Assembly: GCA_973895155.1 (NCBI GenBank)
Contig: OZ316898.1
Span: 9,163,079 to 9,227,078, forward strand
Length of the DNA stretch: 64,000 nucleotides
Origin: Marsupella aquatica
Lineage: Eukaryota; Plantae; Marchantiophyta
Direction of reading: 5' to 3'
Every line of letters begins with the position of its first letter. Positions within the stretch are counted from its first letter, which is position 1. The notes under the pieces were generated by a model, which was not told the origin of the DNA, searched no databases, and saw nothing but the letters and a program-made list of their open reading frames with translations. Both the position numbers and the translations under genes were made by a program. Shown one piece after another: positions 34,741-47,255 of this stretch.

Positions 34741-34876
34741 GGCTTGGCCGACAACTAAAATTAAGAGGACATAAAAACCATCAATACTCACCTCATCTTA
34801 TTGTACGCAAACTATCTTTGGCGAGGTTGTAAGAGAACAAAAGCAAAAAAAACTTGACACAAATCTATTTATTTAC

Positions 34877-37800
34877 ATGTGTGCGTCACTACTACCCTTT
34901 AAAATCATTCCTTGGGACCATTGGCCCCGTCACAATCTACAAGTCACCTTTCTGTCAGAAGTGATGTCCAATGATCTTAAGAGAGTATGGACATCATCTG
35001 TGGAGAAGTTGTTGGCTTACATGGAGTCCATTAAATGTGGTGACCACAAATGGAAGGTCAAAACCTGGGACAAAGACAACCTGCCAAGGGAACATCTTGA
35101 GTGTTGTGAGTGTGACACTCGGGTGGAGGGGACGTCAAAGGGAGGATTGATGGATAAGACATCCATCAACAATGCTTTCACAAACTACAAGAGCAAGCAT
35201 TTGCGCTCATCCAAGCATGCAGCCCGTGTTGCATCAAATAGGGGTGAGACTGTGGACCCACAAGAGATTGGTAGAAGGGCTCTTGCTACTAGTATGAGTG
35301 ATAGAGCCATACTAGACCAACATCTGAGCATTGTGGCAAAGGTCAATGAGTCCCAGAGTGTCAGTCAGGATACATTTACTGTCGTGGGCGATGTTCAGAC
35401 TCGGGGGTCTCACTTCCACAAAAATGACATATCACGTGCGACGAAGGATAGGGTCATTTTATTGGTTCTAAGGGAAGACTTAAGAATTTTTGTAGAAGAA
35501 CAATAGGGTCTTTTAAATTCAATTTTGAGACTTATAAGAATATTAGGGTCTTTTTAATCCAATTTTTAGAATATTCCAAGAATATTCCAACTTTATAGGG
35601 GTTAAAAAATAAAAAAATTTCTTACATTTTAGGGGGTCCGAGGCCTAAAAACGTCGCAGGCGATGGGGAGGTCCCCATATAGTGAGACCCCCAAGTGTTC
35701 AGAAGGACCCAGTGGAGCTGCAGAGGTTGAAGCTTTTCTGCAACTTTTGTCTGTGCCACATGTCATTGATACCAAAGCAACGGAACTTGGAGTCCAACCT
35801 GAACGCTCATTGTAGTGGGTTGAGTCATCTTGATTACGTGACAAAAAGTCAGAGGCCCGCAAGAAACAAACCTGTCATGTCAGGACGTCCTGGAAGACCC
35901 CGAATTGTGGACAGGAGGGATGTCAAACAACGGACAATCCAAGGGTTTTTGAGCCGTTCGTCCACTCCAGGTGCCTCCAACAGTTCCTCTCGGGTGCCTA
36001 CAGCAGACAATGATAGAGGTATTATTGATAACTTATCACTTTTGTGTTGGGGTCTATGGCGGGATGAGGTACAATATGGTTCAGAATCCAGGCCTATCAA
36101 GGCAGTCTTGAACGACCAAGTCAAAGTAGAGGGGAACTGGTTTGCAGAGCCTCTGGTCAGGGTAGAGGTGTGGTGTTTGTCCACTCAAGAGACTTGTGTG
36201 ATCATGGGTTTATTCAGACATTCCAAATGTAGGCGAATTTCACAAGAAGGGGGTGGTTTTGAAGATTTGACATGCTCAAAATGTTTTTCCATAAAAACAT
36301 TAGACGACTTTAGACAAAGGGTATCAAGAGAAGATAAAGCCCCTGAGAAACGGGGTTTCAGAGGGACCGGGAAGGGTAGGCGCTTTGGGTACCTCACAAT
36401 TTTTGAGATTCAATGGCAAGCTAAAGTGTATAGGAACACTCTTTGCAGAGAGAGAAAGTTACAGAGATTCCTCAGCCACAAATTGCTTATGTTTAAGTCC
36501 TCAGTTCCAAGTGTTAGGGAGGTTTGCCTCAACTATCAGGGTCCAAACAAGGAATCTGTCTTGAAAACTTGCCAGTCAATAGTTTTAGCACACAAAAGGG
36601 GCGCATTTGGTGGAAGGGGTGCTCTATGGGATATGTTGTCAGATATAGCTTCAAACTTGAACAAAGAGAAGGAAGGCTATAGATATAAGCCAGGAACAAA
36701 GCTTCTATGCCAGACATTGTTCTTGCATGGTGGGCGCCGTGTAGTTGACTGCCTTTCCACTAACGGAATAGGGCCTAGTTTAAACACCCTGCAACGAGAC
36801 AAGAGAGGTATGTCAGTGTTCAGAGCAGGGCTCCATGAATCTCAATTCAAGTTTATTGCAGAGATCTACTCTGAAATTAAAAAATGCCTGGATATATCAG
36901 GCCCAATTCCCTGCTTTCTGGCAGAGGACGAGACCTATGTCAAGCGAACAGTAAGGTAATTTTCCTTTAACAGCTTATGAATATTTGTCAAGGCTGTTCA
37001 ATGACTTCTCTAGTTCAAGTATGTGGAGTTCTTTGAACATACACTAAAGTAGTGACATCTTGCATTCTTTGCAGATGGTTGCATAAAGATGATACACTTC
37101 TTGGGTTTTGTGGAAGCAAAACCGACCATGAATGTAAGACTGGATTGCAGATAGAGGTGTGGCAGGGAGAAGTTGGCTTCAACAACATTATAGGTGCTTT
37201 TGATAATTCAAGGGTAGGGCACCTTGCAAGGTGTGTGATAGTGAATCCCCTTGCTGTGGGCCTCGCTTGCCTGTACTGGGCACGTCAACCTGTAATACGT
37301 TTGACAGTCCTTGGGTCATGCGACAATGGAGTGACATGGATTCAATGTGGACCACCCACTGTCTAGAGAAGGTGGGCCCTGTACTAGGCCACGCAAGTGA
37401 TGGGGATTCGCGAAGACGAAAACTCATGCTTGAGGACTACAGTGGAAGAGGGGTACCAGGGCCAAGGGTACCAAACCTGATGTGGGAAGGTTGGAAACTG
37501 ACTCACACCATGACCAATGATGGAACATTGAGGCATGCAACAGGGCTACATGATCAGGATTTTATCCACAATGGGAAGAAGCTAGTTAATCCACTGGATT
37601 CTACTGCCCGAATCCTAAAATTAGGGTCACAGGTGGCAAACTTGAGTCACCTGAGACATGTCTACCGTTTATATGATCATGAAGAGCATGGTCTTAACGA
37701 GGAGGACATAAGACGTGCAGACAGGCAAAATTGGGCAAGTGCACAAAGACTGTGTAGCCGCAAAGTGAGTTCCATGCTAAAGATGCTACGATTGCGCAAG

Positions 37801-39514
37801 GATGCAAAGGTGGAGTTGGCACTTGGGTCTGAGGTTTATACAGGGATATGTGCTGATTACTTGGACATATTTATGAATACCCGACTCACTTTGCGAGAGA
37901 GAATTGTCCTATGTGGGAAAGTGGGTTTCTTTTTCAGGTTGTGGCGTCTATGGTGCTTCCATGGTAATCATGCAGTGGGAGGTAACACACAGAGTATAAC
38001 TTTTACCAAAAGTTGCATCCCTATGTAGACTTTCCTGGACATACAGATGTCAGTCCATTTTGTAGTCTTCTTGATAATTCAATTTAGGACTAATTTCCGT
38101 CATCTGCCAGTGCCATTACATCTGACCAGGTCAGATGCTTGTGAACAGTTTTTTTCCAAGGTAGGGGGTATGCGGGGTAATGAGCGGAACTATGATATAG
38201 CAGAATTAATAGAGTGTGCAACCTCCCTTAATAGGTTGGCTGCAATGGATCTGGCAGAGGGAATGATGGGTGTTGGACAGAGCCATAAAAAGCATAAGAG
38301 CATTTGGATGACTCTTCATCCTGTAGAAGAGGGGATTGATATAGAGGCAGACTAATCAGATTACACAGGGATTGAGATGAATGCAGATGTCGTCCTAGCT
38401 TTGAAAGAGGGGTTCAAGTTGGCTCAAACTGCAGCCACTGAATTGCAAATGAATCCTTCAACATCTGCCAACAACAAACTATGGTGGAATTCATGATGGA
38501 AAGTTGAGGAGAAAGGCACCATTTGGTGGCTGGTGTAATATCAATGTGGACACCCTGGTAGATGTGCGGGATACTCTACCTCTTGAGTCCACCCCTAGAA
38601 CCACCTCCACTGAAAGTGTACTTGGAACTGCATCATCATCTACACCGATCTCAGCCCCAATGTCTGGCCCAAGCTTGCAGGCGAGTGTCATCCCTATTGT
38701 CATTCCTATTGGCGAGGAGAGGGAGGTCCATAGGGAGGTAGACCCAGATTTAGAGGTGGCTGGGGCTGAACTGGAGGCTACCATGAATATAATGTATTCA
38801 AACTTGGTTTATGGGGCGCCCATATAGGAAGTGTGTCCAACTGTCACTCATAATGGACGAGAGATCTACAAAAGTACATTGGTAAGTCAGCTTGTTGGGA
38901 ACCCTCATCTTAGTAAGGACCGGCTGACCCGAGTAAAGCAGAGTATATACTTCAATAACTTGGTGGATAAACCCATATTTCTTGAAGGAGTTGCAACTAT
39001 GTTCATGACAGTTGGCAGTGATTGTGGGGTATTCTTTTTGGATGAAATAGAAGAGGTCAGAACTACTCTAAACACAGAGGCCAATTCTAGAGCACAGAAA
39101 GGGAAGGATCAAGGGGGAAAAAGGAAACAATCGATGCAAAATCCTAGGAGGCCAAGAGGTGAAGCAGTACTTGCATCTTCTGCTCCTGGTCCAAAATATG
39201 GTTGGTGGATTGGTAGAGTACAGAGCATACATCGGAAGTATGGTGGCACCATTGCCAGATCAAGAGAAGCACTAGATCTGCTAGATAGGCCTGGTTCTGA
39301 AGCAGGGTGTCAAGTTGTCTTCAATTGGTTTACTCCTATTGGCACTCGTAGGCATAAATTTGCCTACAATATATGTGATCCTCAGACCATCGACTTGGAC
39401 TGTGTCATATCAACAGTCAATTTCACAGTTGATCCATTGTATCCTTCAGTTTTTGAGTTACATCCAAATGATGTACTTGCGCTCGACAATTTTGTAAGGA
39501 ACAACATTGTGTAA
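34877..39514 (+). pseudogene. P-element/THAP9-related DDE transposase with two N-terminal C2H2-like zinc fingers, disrupted
   Basis: Zinc fingers CCEC..HLRSSKH and CNFC..HCSGLSH. Catalytic-like motifs LAEDET, GHASDGD, QDFIHNGKKLVN (D-x2-H-x2-K-x3-N), DRQN, SDACEQFFS. Intron 36956-37074; frameshift near 37260; stops at 38026, 38353, 38493 and 38825. Confidence 0.7.
35403..35692. mobile_element. About 290-bp MITE-like insertion with 12-bp TIR GGGGGTCTCACT...AGTGAGACCCCC
   Basis: Perfect inverted termini and an AT-rich interior. Deleting 35403-35691 fuses ORFs 34877 and 35682 in frame (VQT-PSVQKD). Confidence 0.75.
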
Positions 39515-39802
39515 TCAGGTGGAGTTGCCCAAGGTACATCTCTACCCTAGACTTCCATCTCATAGTGGGAAAAACATTGTTTGGTTGTAGGGAAGACAGT
39601 AAGGAAGGGTATATAATCTATTCATTTCATCTGCAATTCATTGGTAAACCTGCCTACCTACAATGTGACTTCTTGCACTCTTCAATATAGTATTGTCATT
39701 TCAATTCTCTGATTTGCTAAGTTCATATTGCTGATATAATATGGTTTGGTCCATTGTGGATTAGGTTATTGACATCAGCTTGGGGTATATTACAATCAAA
39801 AA

Positions 39803-42800
39803 ATGGTGTTAGTTACTGGAGTCAAGAAGAAGTGCAGACGTGATCTTGGAAGCCCTGCAGTACCAAGAGGCAGAGTGAGAAAAGGAATTTGGAGACCTGC
39901 AAAGAGTAAACCTGTAGGGGATGAAGCCAAAGTGATTGAAGTTCCTGCAAAGAGGAAACCTGTAGAGGATGAAGCCAAAGTGATTGAAGTTCATTGTGAT
40001 GATGAGTCTGTATTTGATACAGGCTTAGAAGCTTGTGATGTTGTGGTTCCTATTCTAGAGTCAAGTGTGAAGGGGCTATGTAGGATAGTTAGGATTGAAA
40101 GATCTGAGCATGTGTGTGCTGTTGTGCCGGCAACTTCTACAATCAAATTTTTTGGCCTGCAGAATTGCCTGTAAAGTGTTGCTTAACAGAGCATCCTAAT
40201 GGCGATGGAGGCTAGATGTAGTAAATCTAAACAAGGTTGTGATTTAGCAGCCCGAAAATATTTACTTGTAGTTATTAATAGCATGTTCTCTTTCATACAA
40301 TTCTAGAAAGTACATTAGTGAATTCTCTATACCAAAGAGACTTTGATAATAAAAGTATACAAGTATTTTCATCATAGTTAGCTTTGGGTGTTTTTCTTCT
40401 ATTTTGAATGAATTTTTTTATAATGGAGCAACGTGAATTAAATTATCTCAATTTATCCCTTTATAATAACTAAAGGATATAAACAAAGGCCAAAACTCGG
40501 ATTTTTAGAAGTAACAAGAGAAATATAAATTATCAAAAAAATATTAAGAAGGGGTACCAAGAGGGGGGCCGATCACAGGGGGGTCTGGATATTTTACTAG
40601 GACTGAGGGCCCAAGGTTTTGAAAATCACCGAGTCCATTGATTCCATCCAAAGAGAAGGTTGTTGCAGGTTAAAGTGTTGCTTGAACATGCCAAGAGAGG
40701 ACTTGGAGGCAATGAGGAGGGAATTCCATGGAATGTCAAGTGACAACAAAACAAGTCATATCTTCAGTCTTTTTGGGTGTAGAGAAGACCAAGTCAAGAG
40801 AAAAGGATTTTTTGTTCTAAAGGGATGTGTGGTTTGTAAGGATGCGTTCATAAAAATGCATGGGTTTAGTACGGCAAAGTATTATGATTACAAAAATCAG
40901 TACGAAGCTGGGTGCACAATTGGTTTCCATGGAAATCAAGGGCAACATAAGACACAATCAAGCACCTTGCATGCTCGTGCATTGTTGGAGTCCATTTTAA
41001 TCCAAAATGGAGAACCAATGCCACATCTTCCCTATGGTGGGTCCAACGGCACCAATACTGTCGAATATTGACTCCCATCATGTTTCACTAAGAAGGAGAT
41101 TTTTCAAGAGGTATTTGCAAAGATGGAATTGGACGGCTACGCTAAGGTTACTGAAGTTACTATGTACAACATCTGGAAAAATTATTTTGATAATTTTGAC
41201 TTTCACAAGGGCAGTGCATTTGCCAAGTGCACATTTTGCACTGAGTTCAAAGATCAATTGATGCGGGAGAAGAGGAAAAAAGAGCATGCAGAGATTGAAG
41301 AGAAAAGAGCATGACATCTTCGTGAACAAATGTCAAGGAGATATGTTTACTATGCTCATAGGGTTCTTGCAAAGAAGGATCCTCAAAACTATCTTTGCAT
41401 TATTCATGATAAGATGGACCAAGCCAAGACTTGGATCCCCAGATTGGTCCCCACTCCAAAATCTCTCTCTGGTAGTGGTCAACCTCTGCCCATTGCTCTT
41501 ACTGGGATGTTAATCCATGGAAGGGATCCAGGAGTGTATGCACACTTTAGTTTGACTGGCCTTTGGCCTGGAGATGCAGACTTCACTGTGACATCTTTGG
41601 CCAAATGCCTTCAAGATTTGGAGGATTACACTGGAGACAAAACGGGAGACATGCTTGAAGCTTTCAATTGGAACGCAACTAGGCCAATATTTCAGTCTCT
41701 TTTGGACTTTGAAGCATTTCAAGCGGGTTACTTGGAACCCAAAAATGTTTCAATTCTCAAGTTTCAAGGCCTTGATGACGGTCAGGAAAGCCAAAAAACC
41801 AGCACAACAGATGCTGGTTCTAGAGTTGATCCTGAGACTACGAGCTCTTTCAAGCCCTTACCAAGGCACCTAACACTGCAGATGGACAATTCAGGAAAAG
41901 ATAATAAAAATCAATATGTGATGGCATTTTGCAGCGAGCTTGTTAGCAGGGGGTGTTTGAAACTGTGCAAATGTCATTCCTCATGGTTGGCCACACCCAT
42001 AAGGATGTGGATGCACTATTTTCTCAAGTATCCAAACAGGTCAGGTACAAAGAGGTTGCTACCCTCCTTGCGTTGATGGCTGAGGTTTGGGAGTGTGAAA
42101 GCATCCATCCCGTACCACGATTGATTCAGGAGGTTGCATCTTACAAGCAGTATTTGAAGAATTTCCAAGTGAAAGAGATTGAAGGTCACTCAAAACCAGT
42201 GGCATTTCTACTCAAAACCAGTGGCATTTCTATTCTCCATGAGGGATAATGTGCCAGTGTATCAATATAAAGCACATGTCAAACAACCTTGGCTTCCAGC
42301 AACAAGGAGGTCAATTTGGAGAACTGATCTCATCACAAACACGCTCATTTTACCGGAGGGCCAACCATTTGCAAAACCTATATCAGGGGAGGTACAAAAG
42401 AAAGCCGAGGAAATCATCCAATTCCTTAATCGTTACATTGATTTCTTGAGGAAAAGTTGCAAGGATGAGACCTCTGCAGCATACCGCGAGAGATTTCCTT
42501 TGGTGAAATATTGGGAGAGGCTTGTTATGGCACTCTCTGAGGCACTTACAATAGAAGGGGAGGGAGAAAGACAATTGTCATTGACAACTGATTTCTGGCC
42601 AAAGACTAACCATGGCACAGGTTACAAGGTGATTTTGGGGACCTCTCAACCTTCAAGTGAACCTACTCAAAATTCAGAGATGATGGACCTTCAAAATGAG
42701 TACATGGAAGAGATGGAAGGTCAAGCTGCACCCTTCGTTGGTGCATGAGAAGAGCGAGAACTTGCACGTTGGATTCCCCTACAAGATATTCAAGAGGGTC

Positions 42801-43261
42801 ACTTTGTGTTTTTACGTCCAGAGGATGAATGGGAGCAAAAAAATGGCAAAGGGCGTTTCTGGTTAGTTCGAGCTTTGGCTGGTGTGGATCCAAACCATGA
42901 GGTTTCTTCACTAGATTCGCAATTTAGTGAAGGGTCTTCTTCAAGGTTTTCTAAGAGCATTCACCTAAGTAGCATTCCTAAGCGGTATGCTCCTATGTTC
43001 CAAGTGCAATGGTGGAGGCCTAAACATGGTAAGCATGATGCAAAGGATGATGTTCGATACGAACGTTGCTTTCAGACCACTAAGACTTGGGAGCTAGATC
43101 CTGGGTTTAACACTATCACTCAAAGTTGGCAGTTTGCAAATTCTGCAATGTATGGGTTTAAGTCAGGTGCCAAAGAACAAAATATTATGGATAGAGGTTT
43201 GACAATTCCCAAGAATGTTTTGAAAACTCTCAAAACTTACATGGAAGGTATTGATGAGTAG
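39803..43261 (+). pseudogene. Sola-like (DUF7869-type) DDD transposase, disrupted
   Basis: CC..KC, VCKDAF..MHG, HGN.G, FAKCTFC, IIHDKMDQ, LQMDNSGKDNKN, FLMVGHTHKDVDALFS. Stops at 41069, 41312 and 42746; frameshifts near 41953 and 42210. An AT-rich block (about 40215-40600) separates a putative 5' part, so the start is uncertain. Confidence 0.75.
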
Positions 43262-44817
43262 AGTGATAGAGTGGTCACAAGTGTCCACTATGTAATGACT
43301 TGTAGTTAGGAGGGTCAAGTTAATTTCCATGCATTTGTCTAAAGTAAGTGAGAGAATAAGGCTTGCAATCAAATACTCTATGATCTCTCTTAGTTATTGA
43401 ATGGACTTTTTGATAATTATTGTTATTTTTGTCTTAGTACATATATTTCTAGAAAATGATGGCAGTTCTAAGTTACTTGGATGTCATCCTAGCTAGTTTG
43501 AATATAAGATATTTAACTTGTCTAGCATTTCATTGTTGCTTAGATAATGATCCTATCCAAGCTAGATGTTTTGAGTATAGATGCTATCCAAGCTTATGTG
43601 TTATTACACAAGTTCTATCTATTTTCAACCAAATGAAAACTTTTTATCACCCAAATGTTTTTTAATATTATCCAAATTAATATTTTCTTTGCCCAAATGT
43701 CTATTTTTTTGCCCCAAATTTATAATTCATGATGCTTAAATTTTCATTTTTCATCCTTCAAATTTACAATTCTTATGCCTAAACGTGTGTTTTTAAATGC
43801 CCAAATTTCCAAATCTTCTTTATAATTCCACTTTTAATGAATATAGTGATATTTGCTGAATTTCATGGAAATCAGCATGACTGCTACATAGCTTCCCCAA
43901 CATGGGACCAATGGAAAATTAAGTATTGGAGCATCTCCTTAATTACGAGCTTTGCCGCACCCATCCATCGGTAGGTCAACGTTCAAAAAAATTCACACAA
44001 TCCTTGGCTAGATACAACTGGTAATTGTAAAGTGCAAGCAAACAGTAAAAATTTTACTCACACGAACAAAAACATTTCCTGCATGACCCCTATTTTTCTA
44101 CATGCAATTGCCTAGCTATCAACTACCTGGTTGGTAACATCCCTTTTGGGGACTCCCTTTTGCTAGCGAGCTCGCTAGCAATCTGGAATCCTTAAAAAAA
44201 CAAAAAAAAATGTAAAGGGCACCAAAAAGCAAAAAGGGCACCAAAAAGCAACTGAAATTTAGAACCATTATTGTCTCGCTATCAAAATCTACTCTACTCG
44301 CCATCTCCTGTTTGCTCACAACATAGAATACTTCAGATACAACTTACTCCATGTGTGTGAGATATTTAATTTGTGAATCAAAGGCATCATCAAGCGTTTG
44401 ATTCGCTCCAATCATTGTGGCCCTTTCGAAGGTGACCATCAACCCAAAAGCATGAATGGGATTCGCTCCAACAAGCTTGGAGTGGGTCACCAAATAGGGT
44501 CAGCTAGAAATTGGGCTAATGGAACACAGCCTGTATATATCTCGACTTGAGGATGATCTCGAAAAATCCTGACACTGCCTCCAACATTCGTGAAAAGTTT
44601 GAGTGATGGCAGTGTTTCGCCATCAGCCCCCAAAATGGGGCTGATGGAACACGGCTGTCAAGCCCCCCTCACTAATGAACCTGGCTGTCTCCTCCTAAGC
44701 TCCTTACCTCCCGCAGGATTCATTCCAGTTGTAATCCTTCGATCTTCTTCTTTCTAGGCCTCTTCGGGCTCTAACAGTAGAACAACTGGAGACTGAATCT
44801 AGCATCATGTCGGTCCT

Positions 44818-45049
44818 CTAGCCACGCTCAGCCATTCCACACCAGCAAATTTATCAAAGTAGCTTCAACGCCATTGTAGATTGATTCTAACATTATATCG
44901 GTTCCCTAGCCACGCTGAGCCAGTCGAGGCCAGCAAATTTGTCAAATAGCTTCCAGGCCATTGGAGATTGATTCTAACATTATATCAGACAGTCCTCTGG
45001 CCCACGCTGAGAGCCACTCCAGGCCGGCAAATTTATCAACCCAGCTTCA
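44818..45049 (+). repeat. About 2.6 copies of a ~90-bp unit immediately upstream of the OMT start codon
   Basis: CCACGCT.AG...CAGCAAATTT.TCAA..AGCTTC units at 44818, 44906 and 44997. Confidence 0.8.
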
Positions 45050-47255
45050 ATGCAGGCGATCAACAAGGACGACATTAGCAATGGAGGACCTGTTTCTCAA
45101 CACGATTACAGCCAGTACGTGGCCCGCGACATGATCATGAAATTTGCGATCTCAATGACGCTCAAGGCGGCTGTTGAGCTGGGAATTCCGGACATTCTCT
45201 TCAACGCGGACGGAGGGAAGCCCTTGACACTAGAGGAGATCCTCGTGCACTTGCCCGTCAAGTCGCGCCAACCGGACTCAGATTCGACGAGGAGGCTTGC
45301 ATGCCTCCTCAAACCGTTGGTGTGGGAAGGGTTCTTCACAGAATCCTTCAATGATAACAAACAACCTGAATATGGCCTGACCAAAGTCTCCAAATGGTTT
45401 GTTAAAGAGACCCAGTTCAACATTCTACCAATAGCAGGTGCTTATTTGATCATTATCAAGCTTCAGTTTATCGGTTGGGAACTTGATCTCACTCGTCTGG
45501 ATAAGCTTGCATTTGATATTAAAGTTGTATTCAAATGAAACTAGAACTTGCCAATAGTACCTTAAACTATGGAAACTGCTGGTCAATGTTTGAATTATTT
45601 GACCAGCAGTTATTTACATCTGAGATGCCTATAGAAACTGCTGGTCAATGTTTGAATTAATTGACCAGCAGTTATTTACATCTGAGATGCCTGCAGAATT
45701 GATGTTGCGTGAAGAGGTGACGGGTGCTTCCGGTCGCATGAAGAATTCCATTCTAGACGATGCTGTCAACCCGCTTCAAGAACTGCTTGGAATGTCTCTA
45801 TACGAGTACACTGGTAAACATCCGAAGTTCGGCAGCGTATTTCAAAATTCAATGGCCGGGTTCAGCAACATGGCCCAGATGCACACCGTGATCGATAGTT
45901 TGCAGCGCTCTCGTGTGCTTGAAGGTGTGGAGACTGTAGTGGACGTAGGAGGAGGGACGGGAAGTTGTGTTGCTGACATTATCGCCAAGAACCCTCAGAT
46001 CAAAGGAATCAACTTCGACCTCCCAGGCGTCATTGCCCAAGCTCCTGAACTAAAAGGTCAGTCACTGTTATTCACCATGGATCCTAGCTACATATATCAA
46101 GATTTTGCTCCCGCTCGATCGTCACTCTCCGACGGTTCTCTCGTTATTGACGATCAATCAATCACCTCACTCGTGTTACATCACTAGTATTGAATAAGAG
46201 AGTTCACGGCTTGAACGGAGTATCCACCAGTAAGATTTGTCAGATGTCATTTCTAATCGTATTTTACATATTTTAGTGGAGCTTCTCTGGTATGAGGGTA
46301 CTTTCACTTCCTCGCTAACGTAACGCATTGAATCTCGACTTCACAAAGCGAGAGTTGTTTAGGACAATCGAGTAAGGGGAGTGACAAACTAAAACCAAGT
46401 TCCCTATTACTATATAGTGTGGAGTTTTAGTTATTAATTCCGTAAGTTACATTTAAGGCAAAGGCAGATTTCTTTCGAGTCCTCTAAAGAACTTGGTTTC
46501 TCTCTTGCAACGTTCAGGTATGACAAACATAGCAGGCAATATGTTCGATTCTGTGCCATCTGGAGACGCAATGTGTCTTAAGGTAGGTACTACGCATGAT
46601 TACCACTTTTTGTAAAATTGTAGCATGCACTCATGCCGATCTGTGCGTGCTGAATTCGATCATATATAAACAATTCTAGCATCAGCAGCACGTGCCAGCT
46701 GTGAAAGTATTAATGGTCACAAGCAAACTTTTTTGTTTTCAGACTTCAAATGGAACTATCACAAACATTTTGCATTGTGTATGATTTTGGGGGCAATAAT
46801 CCAAATGTTCGGTTGCTTTGGAATGGCCCCAGCACGTGTACATCTTGTCCCGGCCATTGGTGCCACTTCAACTACCGTAGGTGTAACTAAGTTGGGATAC
46901 TGCTCACTTCTGTCAGTGTGGTTCACAATGCTGATGAATTGTCGTGGTGTTGCAGTGGATCATACACAGTTATGACGACAAAGATGCCGCTGTGATTCTG
47001 AAGAATTGTTTCAAAGCTCTCCCCAAGCAAGGCAAGGCCATAATCCTCGAGTATGTCTTACTTGACGACAGCGATAGAAGCCCGAAAGCCAAAACGGCGA
47101 TGTGGTTTAACTTCTATATGCTGCTTTTCAAGAAGGGAGCCCGGGAGAGAACCAAGTCCGAGTACGAGAAGATCATCGCTGCAGCAGGATTCTCGCGCTC
47201 TGAGTTCATTCAAGATTCAGAGTCCCTGGATTTAATCATTGCATTCAAGGAATGA
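45050..47255 (+). CDS. COMT-like (class II) small-molecule O-methyltransferase, 4 exons (45050-45437, 45697-46056, 46518-46582, 46956-47255), 370 aa
   Basis: Dimerisation region LKAAVELGIPDIL, then VVDVGGGTG, INFDLP.VI, GNMFDSVPSGDA, KWIIH, ILKNCFKALP, GARERT. GT-AG introns are in phase (1113 nt total), with the 65-bp third exon typical of plant COMT genes. Confidence 0.93.
45574..45692 (+). repeat. 62-bp tandem duplication at the 3' end of OMT intron 1, each copy with a 13-bp inverted repeat
   Basis: AACTGCTGGTCAA...TTGACCAGCAGTT at 45574 and 45636. Confidence 0.85.

Noticed and set aside
33816-34754. Pro/Gly-rich ORFs
   Set aside because: Expected from GC-rich repeats with few stop codons; no domain signal.
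40215-40600. Helitron 3' end or Academ-type TIR element in the AT-rich block
   Set aside because: CTAG is not followed by T and lacks a clear hairpin; the TAGTAAA/TTTACTA match is only 7 bp with no TSD.
44606-44660. Hairpin CCATCAGCCCC-caaaat-GGGGCTGATGG as terminator or miRNA
   Set aside because: No U-tract, eukaryotic context, and too short for a pre-miRNA; more likely a MITE remnant.
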